Assembly: GCA_024689585.1 (NCBI GenBank)
Contig: JAILDF010000074.1
Coordinates: 6 to 64,005, forward strand
DNA from: Oribacterium sp.
GTDB taxonomy: Bacteria > Bacillota > Clostridia > Lachnospirales > Lachnospiraceae
Reading direction: 5' to 3'
DNA: 64,000 nt
The notes below the pieces were generated by a model. That model saw only the letters and a list, made by a program, of their open reading frames with translations, had not been told where the DNA came from and did no database searches. Both the position numbers and the translations under genes were made by a program. Below, in pieces: positions 52,969-64,000 of this stretch. The first letter of the stretch is position 1; each line of letters opens with the position of its first letter.

Positions 52969-55047
52969 TTACTGAAGGTCATAGTTAAGCATAACAAATC
53001 CACGCTTGTCTTTTTCCCGGACAAGCGCAGTAAATCTGTCCCTTAACTGTATGATTATATCATGTTCAGGATGTTTAATATACACGATTTTTCGGTATAT
53101 GTCATTCACCTTATATACGCTTGCCTCCAGGGGACCGATAAACTCCGCTTTTTTTTCGGAACAATCCGGCTTAAACAGCTCAGATACCGAATTGCTGATA
53201 AGTGTCAGGATTTCCTCGTCCTTTGATAAGAGCTGTATGGTCATCAGGTATTCCAGAGGCGGATAACCCATCAGCCTGCGGAAGCTGATCTCTTTTTCGT
53301 AAAACAGCTTATAATTCTGAGTGGTTGTAAGAGCTATAGCGTAGTGATCCGGCTGATATGTCTGGATAATGACATTGCCGGGACCCCCTGCCCTGCCGGC
53401 TCTTCCCGCTGCCTGGGTGATAAGCTGAAATGTTCTTTCGGAAGACCGGAAATCCGGTGCCGAAAGACTTAAATCTGCGGCTATGAGACCTACAAGGGTC
53501 ACATCCGGAAAGTCGTGTCCCTTTACGATCATCTGGGTTCCTATAAGTATGTCTGCCTTATGATTCCTGAACTGTTCCAGGAGTTTTTCGTGACCGCCCT
53601 TGTTTTTGGTGGTATCTGCATCCATACGGATCACAACGGCCTCGGGAAATGTCTTTTTCACAAGGCTTTCAAGTTTTTCGGTTCCGAAGCCAAAGGGCGC
53701 AAGATACGGGCTGCCACAGCCGGGGCATTTCTTCATAAGCGGTGTTTCATGCCCGCAATAGTGGCACCGAAGTATCCCGTCCCTGTGAAGGGTCAGGGAA
53801 ACATCGCAGTGAGGGCATTTTATGGCCTGCCCGCAGCTTCTGCAGGATACGAAACTGCTGTACCCTCTCCGGTTCATGAAAAGCATGATCTGCTGATGGG
53901 CTGATAGCTTTTCTTTTATGAGCTCATAAAGTCTTTCCGAAAAGACACTGCGGTTTCCGTTTTCAAGTTCGGTTCGTAAGTCGATTATCTCGGTTTCGGC
54001 GAGATTTGAACCCAGTCTTGCTCTCCTGTGAAGTTCAAGAAGAGTGATGCTTCCCTTCAGGGCTTCTGTGTATATATGTACCGAAGGGGTAGCGGAACCG
54101 TATAAAACGGGACATTGGCTCAATTTTGCTCTTTGGTAGGCAACCTCCCGGGTTTCATATCTGGGGGCCGTTTCTGATTTGTAGGCGCCTTCATGCTCTT
54201 CGTCCATGATTATGATGCCAAGCCTGTCAAAGGGGGCGAATATGGCTGAACGGGGTCCCACCAGGATGTCGACTTCACCTTTCTCGCACTTCATATACTG
54301 CTCGTAACGCTCTCCCATGCTCATGCGTGAATTCAGTATAGCCACACGGCCTTTAAATCTGGTTGAGACTCTTATAACAGTCTGGTATGTGAGGGAGATT
54401 TCAGGTATGAGCATGATTACTTTATAGCCGGACTTTATGACCTCCTCCATTACATGAAGGTATACTTCGGTTTTTCCCGAACCGGTTATTCCGTGAAGAA
54501 GATACCGTGGTACATCCTTTATACAGGTGTCCCTGAGGTTTTTAGAGTCCGGGATGGATTCTTCAGGTGATTCCGCAGCGGATTCTGAAATGTTCCTGCA
54601 CTTCCTGAAGCCGTCGATCACAGTATCGGCAGCGGCCTTTTGCTCGGGATTCAGCTCATGGTAATCATCCTTTTCATCCTGATACCTTAAAAGAGGATCT
54701 ATACGGCGGGAATTCTTTCGTACGGCGCGTTTCACCGGAAGTACGGTTTTCAGGCACTGGATAAGAGTTGTTCCGTATTCGGTTGACATCCAGGAAGCAA
54801 GACCTATGAGCTGTTCCTTAACGGATATCGCGTTATTCAGAACCTCTTTGATATCTTTTACACGGGAGGGATCGTAATCCACGGTTTCTGTAAGACCTAT
54901 TACATAGCCTGTTTTTTTGGCATTAGAAACACCAAAGGGGATAGAAACTCTATCCCCGGCGTTTACCTTCATTCCTTCAGGTATTCGATATGTATAAGCT
55001 CTGTCCAGAGCTTCGTTTGTAATGTCTACTATGATCTTTGCGTACAT
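52969..55047 (-). CDS. priA: Primosomal protein N' (replication restart helicase)
   Basis: GITGSGKTE, DEEH, SATPS, eight-Cys zinc region, QAAGRAGR. Confidence 0.96.
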   Translation of the reverse strand: MYAKIIVDITNEALDRAYTYRIPEGMKVNAGDRVSIPFGVSNAKKTGYVIGLTETVDYDPSRVKDIKEVLNNAISVKEQLIGLASWMSTEYGTTLIQCLKTVLPVKRAVRKNSRRIDPLLRYQDEKDDYHELNPEQKAAADTVIDGFRKCRNISESAAESPEESIPDSKNLRDTCIKDVPRYLLHGITGSGKTEVYLHVMEEVIKSGYKVIMLIPEISLTYQTVIRVSTRFKGRVAILNSRMSMGERYEQYMKCEKGEVDILVGPRSAIFAPFDRLGIIIMDEEHEGAYKSETAPRYETREVAYQRAKLSQCPVLYGSATPSVHIYTEALKGSITLLELHRRARLGSNLAETEIIDLRTELENGNRSVFSERLYELIKEKLSAHQQIMLFMNRRGYSSFVSCRSCGQAIKCPHCDVSLTLHRDGILRCHYCGHETPLMKKCPGCGSPYLAPFGFGTEKLESLVKKTFPEAVVIRMDADTTKNKGGHEKLLEQFRNHKADILIGTQMIVKGHDFPDVTLVGLIAADLSLSAPDFRSSERTFQLITQAAGRAGRAGGPGNVIIQTYQPDHYAIALTTTQNYKLFYEKEISFRRLMGYPPLEYLMTIQLLSKDEEILTLISNSVSELFKPDCSEKKAEFIGPLEASVYKVNDIYRKIVYIKHPEHDIIIQLRDRFTALVREKDKRGFVMLNYDLQ

Positions 55048-56409
55048 TTATACAATATCCTGTTTAAAGGCTTTAACGATCTCAGTAAGCTTCATACTGT
55101 TGGAACCCTTGAAAAGTATCACATCCTGATCCTTTGCAATGGCTTGTATAGTATTTTTGAGCTCTGAAAAATCGTTGAAATATTCTATGGTTGGTTTTTT
55201 ACCGGCCCTGTTCCTGATATCACTGTCACCAAGTGAAATGTCGGGAGCATCAAAGGCTGCGTTAATGCCGGCGCCTATAGATGCGGCTTTTTCACCGTAA
55301 AGAAATACTACATCAATAGGAAGAGTAGCAAGGTATACACCGACCTCTCGGTGATAATCCAAAGTATACTCTCCGAGTTCAAGCATATCTGCAAGAACTG
55401 CGATCTTCCGGTTTCCTTCAAGCTGAGATAAGGTGTCAAGACCTGCTTTCATGGAAACAGGTGATGCGTTGTAGGCATCGTCTATGATTGTGACGCCGGC
55501 TTTGGTTTTAAAGGTTTCTCCGCGGCCTGTAACTCCGGTGAAGGACATGAGTTTATCCTTTGCATCTTCCGTATCCACGCCGGCAAATTCCGCTATATGC
55601 ATGGCTGCCGAAGCATTCTGAAGCATGTGATCACCCTTGACGGAAAGTGTCAGAGGATAGTCATCCTTTGAGTACTGTCTTATGGTGAGACTGATATCCT
55701 TTGCTATTCCGAAGTCATGGATACTGTCCGGGGTGAGTTTGCTTAAAATAGGATCGTCCGCATTGATATAAAGGATACCACCGTCAGGTGTACCGTCAAG
55801 GATATGAAGCTTCTCACGGAGAATGTTCTCCTGGGTTTTAAGCTGCTCTATATGTGCGATACCTATATTGGTAATGACTGCGGCATCCACACAGGCGATC
55901 TGAGCAATTCTTGTCATCTCTCCCGGCTCGGACATCCCAAGTTCGATAACCGCGATATCTGCTCCCGAGCGGGCCATCTGGAACATTGTAATAGGAACTC
56001 CAACCTGGGAGTTTGCATTGCCGGCGGTCTGAAATACCTTTTTTCCGGCACTGAGTGCTGTAGCTATCATGGTTCTGGTGGTGGTCTTTCCCACGGAACC
56101 TGTTACTCCTATAACAGTGCCATGGAACTTGAGACGCTCCATGTAACCTATCTCCTGAAGGGCCTCTTTTGTATCATTTACCTGATAAAACCTGACATCC
56201 GGATATTTTTCCTTAAGTGGGGAGATATCTCTCGAGCTTAAAACGGCAATGGCACCGTTTTGTATGGCCATGTCGATATAGTCATGTCCGTCACTGCGTT
56301 CGCCGATGATGGGAACGAACAATGCATGGTTCATTTGTTTTCTGGAGTCAAGAACTATCTCCTCTATGTCATCATCTGTAAAACCAAAGCTTTTATCTGC
56401 GGTAATCAT
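55048..56409 (-). CDS. murF: UDP-MurNAc-tripeptide--D-Ala-D-Ala ligase
   Basis: DSRK, DGHDY, GVTGSVGKTTT, ELGMS, DDAYNASP, DMLELG, KGS. Confidence 0.94.
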   Translation of the reverse strand: MITADKSFGFTDDDIEEIVLDSRKQMNHALFVPIIGERSDGHDYIDMAIQNGAIAVLSSRDISPLKEKYPDVRFYQVNDTKEALQEIGYMERLKFHGTVIGVTGSVGKTTTRTMIATALSAGKKVFQTAGNANSQVGVPITMFQMARSGADIAVIELGMSEPGEMTRIAQIACVDAAVITNIGIAHIEQLKTQENILREKLHILDGTPDGGILYINADDPILSKLTPDSIHDFGIAKDISLTIRQYSKDDYPLTLSVKGDHMLQNASAAMHIAEFAGVDTEDAKDKLMSFTGVTGRGETFKTKAGVTIIDDAYNASPVSMKAGLDTLSQLEGNRKIAVLADMLELGEYTLDYHREVGVYLATLPIDVVFLYGEKAASIGAGINAAFDAPDISLGDSDIRNRAGKKPTIEYFNDFSELKNTIQAIAKDQDVILFKGSNSMKLTEIVKAFKQDIV

Positions 56410-56426
56410 AAAATGTCCTTCTTAAA

Positions 56427-57920
56427 TCAAAGATTGTATTTGGCAGCAGTCTCGGCAATAACTTCTTTGTCAAGGAAATGAGTGCGAACACCCTTAACCT
56501 CCTGATAGTCCTCATGGCCCTTACCGATAACTGCTATCATATCTCCCGGTTCTGCGTGGGTCATGGCATATTCTATGGCCTCTCTTCTGTCCGGGATCTC
56601 GACGTATTTGCCTCCTGCGGGAACCAGTGCTGACTTAATATCATTGATGATGTCCTCCGTTTCTTCAAAACGGGAGTTATCAGCAGTAAGAATGCTTAAG
56701 TCAGCATATTTGGCCGCAGCCTTGCCCATGCCGTAACGTCTGTCCTTTGCACGGTTTCCTCCGCATCCAAAAAGTACCACAAGTCTTTTTGGTGCATATT
56801 CCCTGAGAGTAACCAGAAGATTTTCCATGGCCATCTCATTGTGGGCATAGTCAACAAGTACTGACATATCCTTGTTTTTAAATGCTACTTCTGTTCTGCC
56901 GTCAACCTTTATGCGGCTTAGAGCATGAAGAATGGATTTCTTTTCAATGCCGGCAAGGGAAAGACAGGTGATGGCGGCCATGGCATTGGAAACATTGTAT
57001 TTTCCCGGCATGTCGAGACGTACCGAAAGATCTGTGTGGCCCTGAACCTGGAATTCGACACCGACAAATTCATGGTCATTTATAGGCTTAATATCAGCTG
57101 CCGTGAAATCAGCCGGCTTTTCCAGAGAATAGGTGTAGATCTTACAGGGGGCATTTTCTATAAACTCCGTTGCGTAATCTGCGTCAAGATTTACGATACC
57201 GGTTTTAGACTGTTTAAATATACAGCTCTTGAAGAATTTGTACTCTTCGAAATCCTTATGTTCATTAGGTCCGATGTGATCGGGTTCAATATTTGTGAAT
57301 ATGCCGTAATCAAAGGTGATGGCATCCACTCTGTGGAGCTTGAAGGCCTGTGAAGAAGCCTCCATAACCACATAACTGCATCCCTCATCCACCATATCCC
57401 TGAAATAATGCTGGAGGTCATAGGACTCAGGAGTGGTGTTTTTTGTAGGTATATGTTTTCCGCAATACTCCACGCCGGTAGTTCCGATGCAGCCGGCTTT
57501 TTTACCGGCTGACTCCAGGATCTGATGTATCATATGTGCTGTTGTGGTTTTTCCCTTGGTGCCTGTGATGGCGATAACAGTAAGCTCCTCTGACGGATGA
57601 CCGAAACGGGATGCACTGAGTTTTGCAAGGGCCTCTCTGGAATTTGCAACTTTAACTATAGTGATATCCTTACCGATGGCAGCTTGATCTATACCGGCCT
57701 CGGAGAGATTCTCTTCCACTACTATTGCGGTGCATCCTTTCGAGATCACATCAGGGATATACTTGTGGGAATCAACATTGGCACCCTTCATGCATACAAA
57801 TACTGTTTGAGGGGCAGCTTTTCTGGAATCGAATACAACCTCTTCCACAGCGGTCCCGGCAGGGTCTCCCTGTAAGGTATCAAAAGATATATCTGAAAGC
57901 CATTCTGCTAATTTAGCCAT
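56427..57920 (-). CDS. murE: UDP-MurNAc-dipeptide--diamino acid ligase
   Basis: ITGTKGKTT, NTTPES, MEASS, DYAHN, FGCGG, DNSR, GKGHE. Confidence 0.95.
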   Translation of the reverse strand: MAKLAEWLSDISFDTLQGDPAGTAVEEVVFDSRKAAPQTVFVCMKGANVDSHKYIPDVISKGCTAIVVEENLSEAGIDQAAIGKDITIVKVANSREALAKLSASRFGHPSEELTVIAITGTKGKTTTAHMIHQILESAGKKAGCIGTTGVEYCGKHIPTKNTTPESYDLQHYFRDMVDEGCSYVVMEASSQAFKLHRVDAITFDYGIFTNIEPDHIGPNEHKDFEEYKFFKSCIFKQSKTGIVNLDADYATEFIENAPCKIYTYSLEKPADFTAADIKPINDHEFVGVEFQVQGHTDLSVRLDMPGKYNVSNAMAAITCLSLAGIEKKSILHALSRIKVDGRTEVAFKNKDMSVLVDYAHNEMAMENLLVTLREYAPKRLVVLFGCGGNRAKDRRYGMGKAAAKYADLSILTADNSRFEETEDIINDIKSALVPAGGKYVEIPDRREAIEYAMTHAEPGDMIAVIGKGHEDYQEVKGVRTHFLDKEVIAETAAKYNL

Positions 57921-58013
57921 ATAATTTTATCTCTTTTCTAAAATGATTTTTTGATCAGGGAAGCACCGTTAAATGCTCCCTGACCTGATCTTTCGTGGGG
58001 TTGATAAATATCC

Positions 58014-59681
58014 TCAGAACAATCCTACGATCTTTCCGTCAACCACGTCGATATCAAAGGCAGCCGGTTTTTTGGGAAGTCCCGGCATGGTCATGATATC
58101 TCCTGTGAGGCATACTATGAAGCCTGCACCGGCAGAAACATATGCTTCTCTCACGGTGATACGGAAGTTTGAAGGTCTTCCAAGCTTCTTGGGGTCATCA
58201 CTGAGACTGTACTGGGTCTTTGCCATACATACAGGTACATTTCCGAAGCCAAGCTCTGTGAGTTTATCAAGAGCTTTCTTTGCCTTAGGCTCGAAATCCA
58301 CACCGTCGGCACCATATATATTGATGGCTACGGAATTGATCTTGTCATAAAGTGATTCTGAAAGATTCTGTACAGGTTTGAAATTGGATTCTTTAGTCTC
58401 CAGTGTCCTGATGACTGCATTGGCAAGCTCTACACCGCCCTTTCCTCCTTCGCCATGAACCTTGGAAAGAGCAAAGTCAGCCCCCTTGTTACGGCAGAAA
58501 TCTTCTATGAAGTTAAGCTCTGCTTCTGTGTCGGATGCAAACTGATTTATGGCAACAACTACGGGAACGCCATAGGTCTGAAGGTTTTCTATATGTTTTT
58601 CGAGATTTACTATACCCTTTCTCAATGCATCGAGATTTTCTGTGGAAAGCTCTGCCTTCGGAACGCCGCCGTTATACTTAAGGGCTCTTACGGTTGCTAC
58701 GAGAACAACGGCATCAGGTTTGAATCCTGCCATCTGGCACTTGATATCAAAAAATTTCTCTGCACCGAGATCTGCACCGAATCCGGCTTCAGTAACGGCA
58801 ATGTCACCGAGCTTAAGAGCAAAACGTGTTGCCTGTACGGAGTTGCAGCCGTGAGCAATATTGGCAAAAGGTCCGCCATGAACGATGGCCATATTGTGCT
58901 CAAGGGTCTGGATGATGTTTGGCTTTATGGCATCCTTAAGAAGTGCTGCCATAGAACCTGTGGCATGAAGCATATCGGCGGTTACAGGATTTCCGTCAAC
59001 ATCATAAGCAACTATGATACGTGCGAGACGGGCTTTGAGGTCATCCATGTCGTCTGCAAGACAAAGGATAGCCATTATCTCGGATGCAACGGTGATGACA
59101 AAGTGGTCTTCTCTTACCACTCCGTCAGTCTTTCTTCCCATTCCGATGACAATGTTTCTGAGCTGACGGTCATTCATATCCTCACAGCGTTTCCAGTTAA
59201 TGCTCTTAAGATCGATCCTGAGCTCGTTGCCCTGCTGGATGTGATTGTCGAGTAGTGCGGCGAGAAGATTGTTTGCGCTGGTTATGGCATGGAAATCACC
59301 TGTGAAGTGAAGGTTGAGATCCTCCATAGGAACCACCTGGGCATATCCGCCGCCGGCAGCTCCGCCCTTTATACCGAAACAGGGTCCGAGTGAAGGCTCT
59401 CTCAGGGCAACTACTGCTTTTTTGCCAACATAGTTTAATGCATCAGTTAGACCTATGGATGTTGTGGTCTTTCCTTCTCCTGCAGGTGTTGGATTGATGG
59501 CAGTAACCAGAACCAGTTTTCCGTTTGGACGGTTCTTTAATTTGTCCCAGAGTTCATTGCTGAGCTTTGCTTTGTACTTTCCGTATTGCTCGAGATCGTC
59601 TGCCTCAATTTGGTATCTGGCAGCGACGTCGGTAATACGTTCCATAACGGCTTCCTGTGCGATTTCGATATCAGACTTCAT
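58014..59681 (-). CDS. fhs: Formate--tetrahydrofolate ligase
   Basis: [51 protein letters not shown]. Confidence 0.98.
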   Translation of the reverse strand: MKSDIEIAQEAVMERITDVAARYQIEADDLEQYGKYKAKLSNELWDKLKNRPNGKLVLVTAINPTPAGEGKTTTSIGLTDALNYVGKKAVVALREPSLGPCFGIKGGAAGGGYAQVVPMEDLNLHFTGDFHAITSANNLLAALLDNHIQQGNELRIDLKSINWKRCEDMNDRQLRNIVIGMGRKTDGVVREDHFVITVASEIMAILCLADDMDDLKARLARIIVAYDVDGNPVTADMLHATGSMAALLKDAIKPNIIQTLEHNMAIVHGGPFANIAHGCNSVQATRFALKLGDIAVTEAGFGADLGAEKFFDIKCQMAGFKPDAVVLVATVRALKYNGGVPKAELSTENLDALRKGIVNLEKHIENLQTYGVPVVVAINQFASDTEAELNFIEDFCRNKGADFALSKVHGEGGKGGVELANAVIRTLETKESNFKPVQNLSESLYDKINSVAINIYGADGVDFEPKAKKALDKLTELGFGNVPVCMAKTQYSLSDDPKKLGRPSNFRITVREAYVSAGAGFIVCLTGDIMTMPGLPKKPAAFDIDVVDGKIVGLF

Positions 59682-59742
59682 TTCGTACCTCTTTCTCCCT
59701 AGTAAAAATCAGACAACAAAAATATCTTCAAAGGAATGTATC

Positions 59743-62703
59743 CTAAGAATTCAGAGCATTAAATTCATCAAGACTCATAAGTATCTTTCTGGGTTTTGTG
59801 CCTTCCTCAGGTCCAACCACATTGGCCTCTGCCAGCTGATCCATGATTCTTGCAGCGCGGTTAAAGCCTATGCGGAATTTACGCTGAAGCATACCGATGG
59901 ATGCTTTCTCGGATTCGATAATGAGCTGGCCGGCTTCAAAGAAAAGATCATCCAGGTCACTCTGGGAACTGCCGGCACCGGCAGCACCGCCTCCTGACTG
60001 TACCTGAGCCTGAATGTCTTCGCTGTATTGTATGTCACCCATAGTCTTTTTGATGAAATCCGTAACGGCCCCGACTTCCTGATCGGAAACAAAGGCACCC
60101 TGAACACGAACCGGCTTAGGGATGCCCTGAGGGAAGAACAGCATATCTCCCTTTCCGAGAAGCTTTTCGGCACCATTCATATCAATGATGGTACGGGAAT
60201 CGGTTCCTGAAGAAACCGCAAAAGCGATACGGCTCGGAACATTGGCCTTGATAAGACCGGTGATGACATCTACTGTAGGACGCTGGGTAGCGATAACCAG
60301 ATGCATTCCGGCGGCACGGGCAAGCTGAGCTATACGGCAGATGGAATCTTCCACTTCCTGGCTGGATACCATCATAAGGTCAGCAAGCTCGTCGATTATG
60401 ATTACTATCTGAGGCAGCTTTTCGGGTTTCTGGTCCTCGGGGACCTCGGGATCGTTAATGACTCTCTCGATCTTTTCATTATATCCCTTAAGATCTCTTG
60501 AACCGCTTTCCGCAAACTTCTTATATCTGTCTGTCATCTCGGCCACGGCCCAGTTAAGGGCAGCTGCAGCCTTTTTGGGATCCGTGACTACAGGAATAAG
60601 GAGGTGAGGGATGCCGTTGTAAACACTTAACTCAACCACCTTGGGGTCTACCATGATCATACGGAGTTCTTCCGGCTTGTATTTAAACAGCATGGACATA
60701 ATGAGGGTGTTAATACAAACCGATTTTCCCGAACCTGTGGATCCTGCGATAAGGAGGTGAGGCATCTTTGCAATATCGGTGACTATGGTCTTTCCGGCAA
60801 TGTCTTTACCTACACCGAAGGCTATCCTTGACTTTGCATCCATGAACTCCTGGCTCTTGAAAACATCTCCCAGATATACCATGGAGCTGTGCTTGTTCGG
60901 AACCTCAATTCCCACCGCGGATTTTCCGGGGATAGGAGCTTCTATACGGATATCAACTGCCGCAAGAGCCATCTTGATATCATTGGTAAGAGAAACGATC
61001 TTTGAAACCTTGACGCCTATCTCAGGCTGAAGCTCGTAACGGGTAACAGCCGGTCCCACTGAAATGTTGGTGATCTTTACATTGATACCGAAGCTTTTCA
61101 AAGTCTCCTGAAGAACTACTGCGTTCTGACGGATTTCTTCCCTTGAGTCGGAGTCCTGTGCGCCACCGCTCTTCAAGAGGCTGAGAGGCGGGATAATATA
61201 AGGCTTTGGCGGCTTCTTCTTTTTTATCTCCTGTTCCACCTTTGCATTATCAAGAGCTGTAGGTGTGTTTTCCCGTTTTTCTCTTTCAAGCTGGGTTTCT
61301 ACCTTTTTGGATACAGGCTCAACATCCGCATCTATTATCTGGCCGTTTGAGGCAACGATACGTCTGGTTCCCTGTTCCATGTCGCCCCTTGCAATAGTGG
61401 TCTTACCGTTAGCTGACATGGTAACGCCGTCGTCATCCAGGAATTCCTCCTGAAGATCACTTTCATCCATATAGTCAGAGGATGAAATATCATTTCGGGA
61501 GATATCATCTTCGTAAGCGGCTTCTGTTGTATTATCAAGGTCGGAAATCCCGGAAAAATCATTTGTATCCCCGGCAAAGGATGAACTTTCATCGTACATC
61601 TCATCAGTGACTTCAGTAACTACTATTCCTGTAGAAGGTTCAACGGCACTGTGAGGTCCTCTTACATCATTGAACAGGTTGTCTCTGTATGAAGATGTTT
61701 CCGTTTTTGTGTCCGGAGAAGAAAAAGATGTCTCTGCGTTTTCCGGCTTTGCATAACGTTCGAAAGCTGCATCAAGTGCGGCATCTACCTCTGCAAAAGG
61801 TTCAGCATAAAGATCCGGTTCAGAGGTATGATCAACATCAGGTGAAGCTGCTGTGTTAAGATCGTAAATCTGCTCAGGGGCAGTATCATATGAAGCTAAT
61901 GCCAAAGGCTCTTCACTTTGGGAACCCGTAATGTTCATTGTGTTTACGGTGGATCCGAAATTCATTGCCGGTGAATCATCTGTTCCCGTAAGGGCAAAGT
62001 CAATACGCTTATGAGCAAGTTCGCGCTGCTGCGCTTCCCTGGCAAGACGTCTTTCTTCTCTGTGCATGCGGGCGGAGGCTGCAACATCGTTCCAGTTTTC
62101 CCTTGCCCTGTCTCTTGCCTTGATGGCAGCTTGCCCGGACTGTTCTGCAAGCATTCTTGCAAGAGGTTTGCCGGTGATATAAATGAGACAAATGAAACAT
62201 GCCACAAGAAGGATGAGTATAGCGCCTACTTTTCCTGTAACGGAATAAAGAACCATGGCCAGAGCTCCGCCGATGGCTCCTCCACCGGTGCCGTATACGG
62301 CGCCTTCCTTATAAAAATCGGCAAGTCCCATTTGCGCAACTTCTCCAAAGGCAAGCTGCAGAAAAGCCGATATGAATATGAGCATGAAAAGAGCTGTAGT
62401 CATTCGGAATGTGGCATATGGATTGTCCAGATTGGACAGCATAAATACAACTACAAAGCTCAGTACTATAGGGAAAATATATCCAACAACACCAAAGAGA
62501 CCCAGCTGAAGGCCTTTTAAGAAGGCTCCGATAGGTCCACAAAGTCCTAAATTGGATAAAAACAGAAATGCTGATACAGCAAAGGTAATGATAATGGCGA
62601 CTTCGTCACTCATCATCGGTGCATCATATGTATTCTTCCTGGAACGGCTGCCGGTTGCCGTTCTCTTTTTTGTTTTATTTTTACTGCCTTTTGGTCTACC
62701 CAT
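59743..62703 (-). CDS. ftsK: DNA translocase FtsK/SpoIIIE
   Basis: 4-5 TM N-domain, long acidic linker, alpha domain, [19 protein letters not shown], gamma domain ([15 protein letters not shown]). Confidence 0.96.
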   Translation of the reverse strand: MGRPKGSKNKTKKRTATGSRSRKNTYDAPMMSDEVAIIITFAVSAFLFLSNLGLCGPIGAFLKGLQLGLFGVVGYIFPIVLSFVVVFMLSNLDNPYATFRMTTALFMLIFISAFLQLAFGEVAQMGLADFYKEGAVYGTGGGAIGGALAMVLYSVTGKVGAILILLVACFICLIYITGKPLARMLAEQSGQAAIKARDRARENWNDVAASARMHREERRLAREAQQRELAHKRIDFALTGTDDSPAMNFGSTVNTMNITGSQSEEPLALASYDTAPEQIYDLNTAASPDVDHTSEPDLYAEPFAEVDAALDAAFERYAKPENAETSFSSPDTKTETSSYRDNLFNDVRGPHSAVEPSTGIVVTEVTDEMYDESSSFAGDTNDFSGISDLDNTTEAAYEDDISRNDISSSDYMDESDLQEEFLDDDGVTMSANGKTTIARGDMEQGTRRIVASNGQIIDADVEPVSKKVETQLEREKRENTPTALDNAKVEQEIKKKKPPKPYIIPPLSLLKSGGAQDSDSREEIRQNAVVLQETLKSFGINVKITNISVGPAVTRYELQPEIGVKVSKIVSLTNDIKMALAAVDIRIEAPIPGKSAVGIEVPNKHSSMVYLGDVFKSQEFMDAKSRIAFGVGKDIAGKTIVTDIAKMPHLLIAGSTGSGKSVCINTLIMSMLFKYKPEELRMIMVDPKVVELSVYNGIPHLLIPVVTDPKKAAAALNWAVAEMTDRYKKFAESGSRDLKGYNEKIERVINDPEVPEDQKPEKLPQIVIIIDELADLMMVSSQEVEDSICRIAQLARAAGMHLVIATQRPTVDVITGLIKANVPSRIAFAVSSGTDSRTIIDMNGAEKLLGKGDMLFFPQGIPKPVRVQGAFVSDQEVGAVTDFIKKTMGDIQYSEDIQAQVQSGGGAAGAGSSQSDLDDLFFEAGQLIIESEKASIGMLQRKFRIGFNRAARIMDQLAEANVVGPEEGTKPRKILMSLDEFNALNS

Positions 62704-62861
62704 TTTACCCCACCTTAAAATTGCAAAGTATAACTACTACATTATAGACCATCTGAAGAATAAAATCCATCTCCTTAAAACTTATGTTCTTATTTGGTAA
62801 GGATTGTTCTCTTCTAAGCGTTGAAATATGGCAGTTTTTACCTGCAAAAAACATGTTTTGT

Positions 62862-62890
62862 TTGACTTTAAAAACACTCGGTGATACCCT
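62862..62890 (+). promoter_or_regulatory. Putative promoter of the downstream regulator
   Basis: TTGACT-17 bp-TACCCT with TG extension. Confidence 0.45.
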
Positions 62891-62938
62891 ATGTTTAAGG
62901 ACATAAAGACATAAGTCTTAAAATATAGGAGTAATATC

Positions 62939-64000
62939 ATGATCAATGTTGCTATCGTTAGTCCGGATCATTCACTGGAACCTGTGGATAAGGTTATTGC
63001 AGAACATGATTTTGGCTGTCAGTTTTTCAAATATATATATAAGAAGCTTACGGATATAGATGAAATATATCAGGACTGTAAAGGGAAATGCGACGTAATC
63101 TTTTTCTCCGGAGAGCTTGGTTATCATTATATAAAAAACAAATTTCCGGACATAAGGATTCCCTGTACTTTTACGGCATACGAGCCTATCGATGTTTTAG
63201 CAATACTTCTTCAGTTTAAAAATGATCATCCCGGAACAAGATTAAACCGGGTTTATTGCGACTTTCTGACTCCTACCAATAACTATATGGGAGTAAGGCA
63301 ATATATCAAAAAGGAGGAATGTCCGTATTTCTTCGAAGACGCTCATTATGATTATAAGCATCTGACAGCTTATGCAAAAAAGCTTTGGGATGAGGGCAGG
63401 ATAGATTACATACTCTCCCGCTCCATCAATAATCTTAAAAGACTTGATGAGCTTCATATTCCTTATGTTGCGGTTTTTCCGTCGGAGGATATGATAATTA
63501 AATCCATCAGGACTGCACTAAAGGAATTAAAGCTTAATCAGTTTGATCAAAAGGACGAGCTCAGCATCCTCATACGTCTGCCTTTTGGTGAGGATATAGA
63601 CCAGGAGGAACAGGAATACCGAGAGGCTACGTTGTATAAGATGCTTGTGGATTACCGCAAGGATAATCACATACATTTCAGCATCACTCAGGGGTTTAAT
63701 CAGTTCGAGATACATGCACAGATGGAGGCAGGGACCTTTGAAGTCGAGAAGCTCCGTCCTGTTCTTCTCAAAATGAAGAAGGAGCTTGGATTTGCTTTCA
63801 GAATAGGTGCCGGTGTAAGTTCATCAAAGGAGCGTTCCAGATATTTTTCCGAGCATGCTTTGATGGAGGCCAACAGATATGGCAGAAATGATGCTTTCTT
63901 TGTTGGTGAGGAGGGCAAGGTAACGGGACCTTTGAGTTCGGATACCCAGCTTATGTACAATTACTCCAATGAGAAGGCTCTGAATTTCGCTAGGGATAAC
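62939..64000 (+). CDS. Putative transcriptional regulator (PrpR-N-like sensor + degenerate GGDEF-like domain; 3' end runs off the window)
   Basis: Open frame from ATG 62939 (RBS AGGAG) to the window end: MINVAIVSP...CDVIFFSGELGYHY...FRIGAG...SEHAL. The family call rests on motif resemblance only. Confidence 0.55.
   Translation, partial: MINVAIVSPDHSLEPVDKVIAEHDFGCQFFKYIYKKLTDIDEIYQDCKGKCDVIFFSGELGYHYIKNKFPDIRIPCTFTAYEPIDVLAILLQFKNDHPGTRLNRVYCDFLTPTNNYMGVRQYIKKEECPYFFEDAHYDYKHLTAYAKKLWDEGRIDYILSRSINNLKRLDELHIPYVAVFPSEDMIIKSIRTALKELKLNQFDQKDELSILIRLPFGEDIDQEEQEYREATLYKMLVDYRKDNHIHFSITQGFNQFEIHAQMEAGTFEVEKLRPVLLKMKKELGFAFRIGAGVSSSKERSRYFSEHALMEANRYGRNDAFFVGEEGKVTGPLSSDTQLMYNYSNEKALNFARDN

Noticed and set aside
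58455-59255. 266-aa plus-strand ORF, and the many other 60-180 aa antisense or alternate-frame ORFs in the track
   Set aside because: They lie antisense to or inside well-supported genes such as fhs, with no RBS or recognisable motifs. They are expected shadows of codon bias.
59682-59742. THF or ZTP riboswitch upstream of fhs
   Set aside because: The intergenic gap is only 61 nt and lacks the consensus.
1-64000. CRISPR array, prophage, integrase or IS transposase, or genome-wide UGA reassignment
   Set aside because: I saw no spaced direct repeats and no mobile-element genes, including next to either tRNA. TGA ends many genes at their expected C-termini, so UGA is still a stop codon.

Overview
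A 64-kb stretch of core chromosome from a Firmicute. Gene content and order suggest Lachnospiraceae; this is inference. Almost all genes are on the minus strand. In order: partial patB/malY, tRNA-Trp, radA, clpC, a cohesin/cadherin-like membrane protein paired with an SH3b-glucosaminidase, a five-gene Na+-translocating biotin decarboxylase operon, rsmF, a Lys/Ala-rich protein, and a seven-gene envelope operon (52-aa protein, TPR, two membrane proteins, cdaA, cdaR, Wzy-like). Then come COG2426, tRNA-Leu, infC-rpmI-rplT with an L20 leader, tig-clpP-clpX-engB, CYTH, rpsA-ispH-cmk-HI0933, aspartokinase, a MacB-type ABC system, serS, pdxK, the priA-def-fmt-yugP-rsmB-rlmN-stp-prkC-rsgA cluster, murF/murE, fhs, ftsK and a partial regulator. 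I see no prophage, CRISPR array or transposase. The best leads are: (1) a tRNA-Trp(CCA) combining C9, A24 and an unpaired 27:43 (4-bp anticodon stem), each linked to UGA read-through; (2) a lipoprotein-OadG fused to a duplicated biotinyl domain; (3) a UUU-UGA shifty stop at the ispH/rpsA overlap, where a +1 shift would give an IspH-S1 fusion; (4) a 220-bp rod-like palindromic element and REP-like hairpins; (5) a putative autolysin/anchor pair sharing cadherin-like domains; (6) an AT-hook-like N-terminus on FtsK. All calls come from reading the sequence by eye. No database searches were run.
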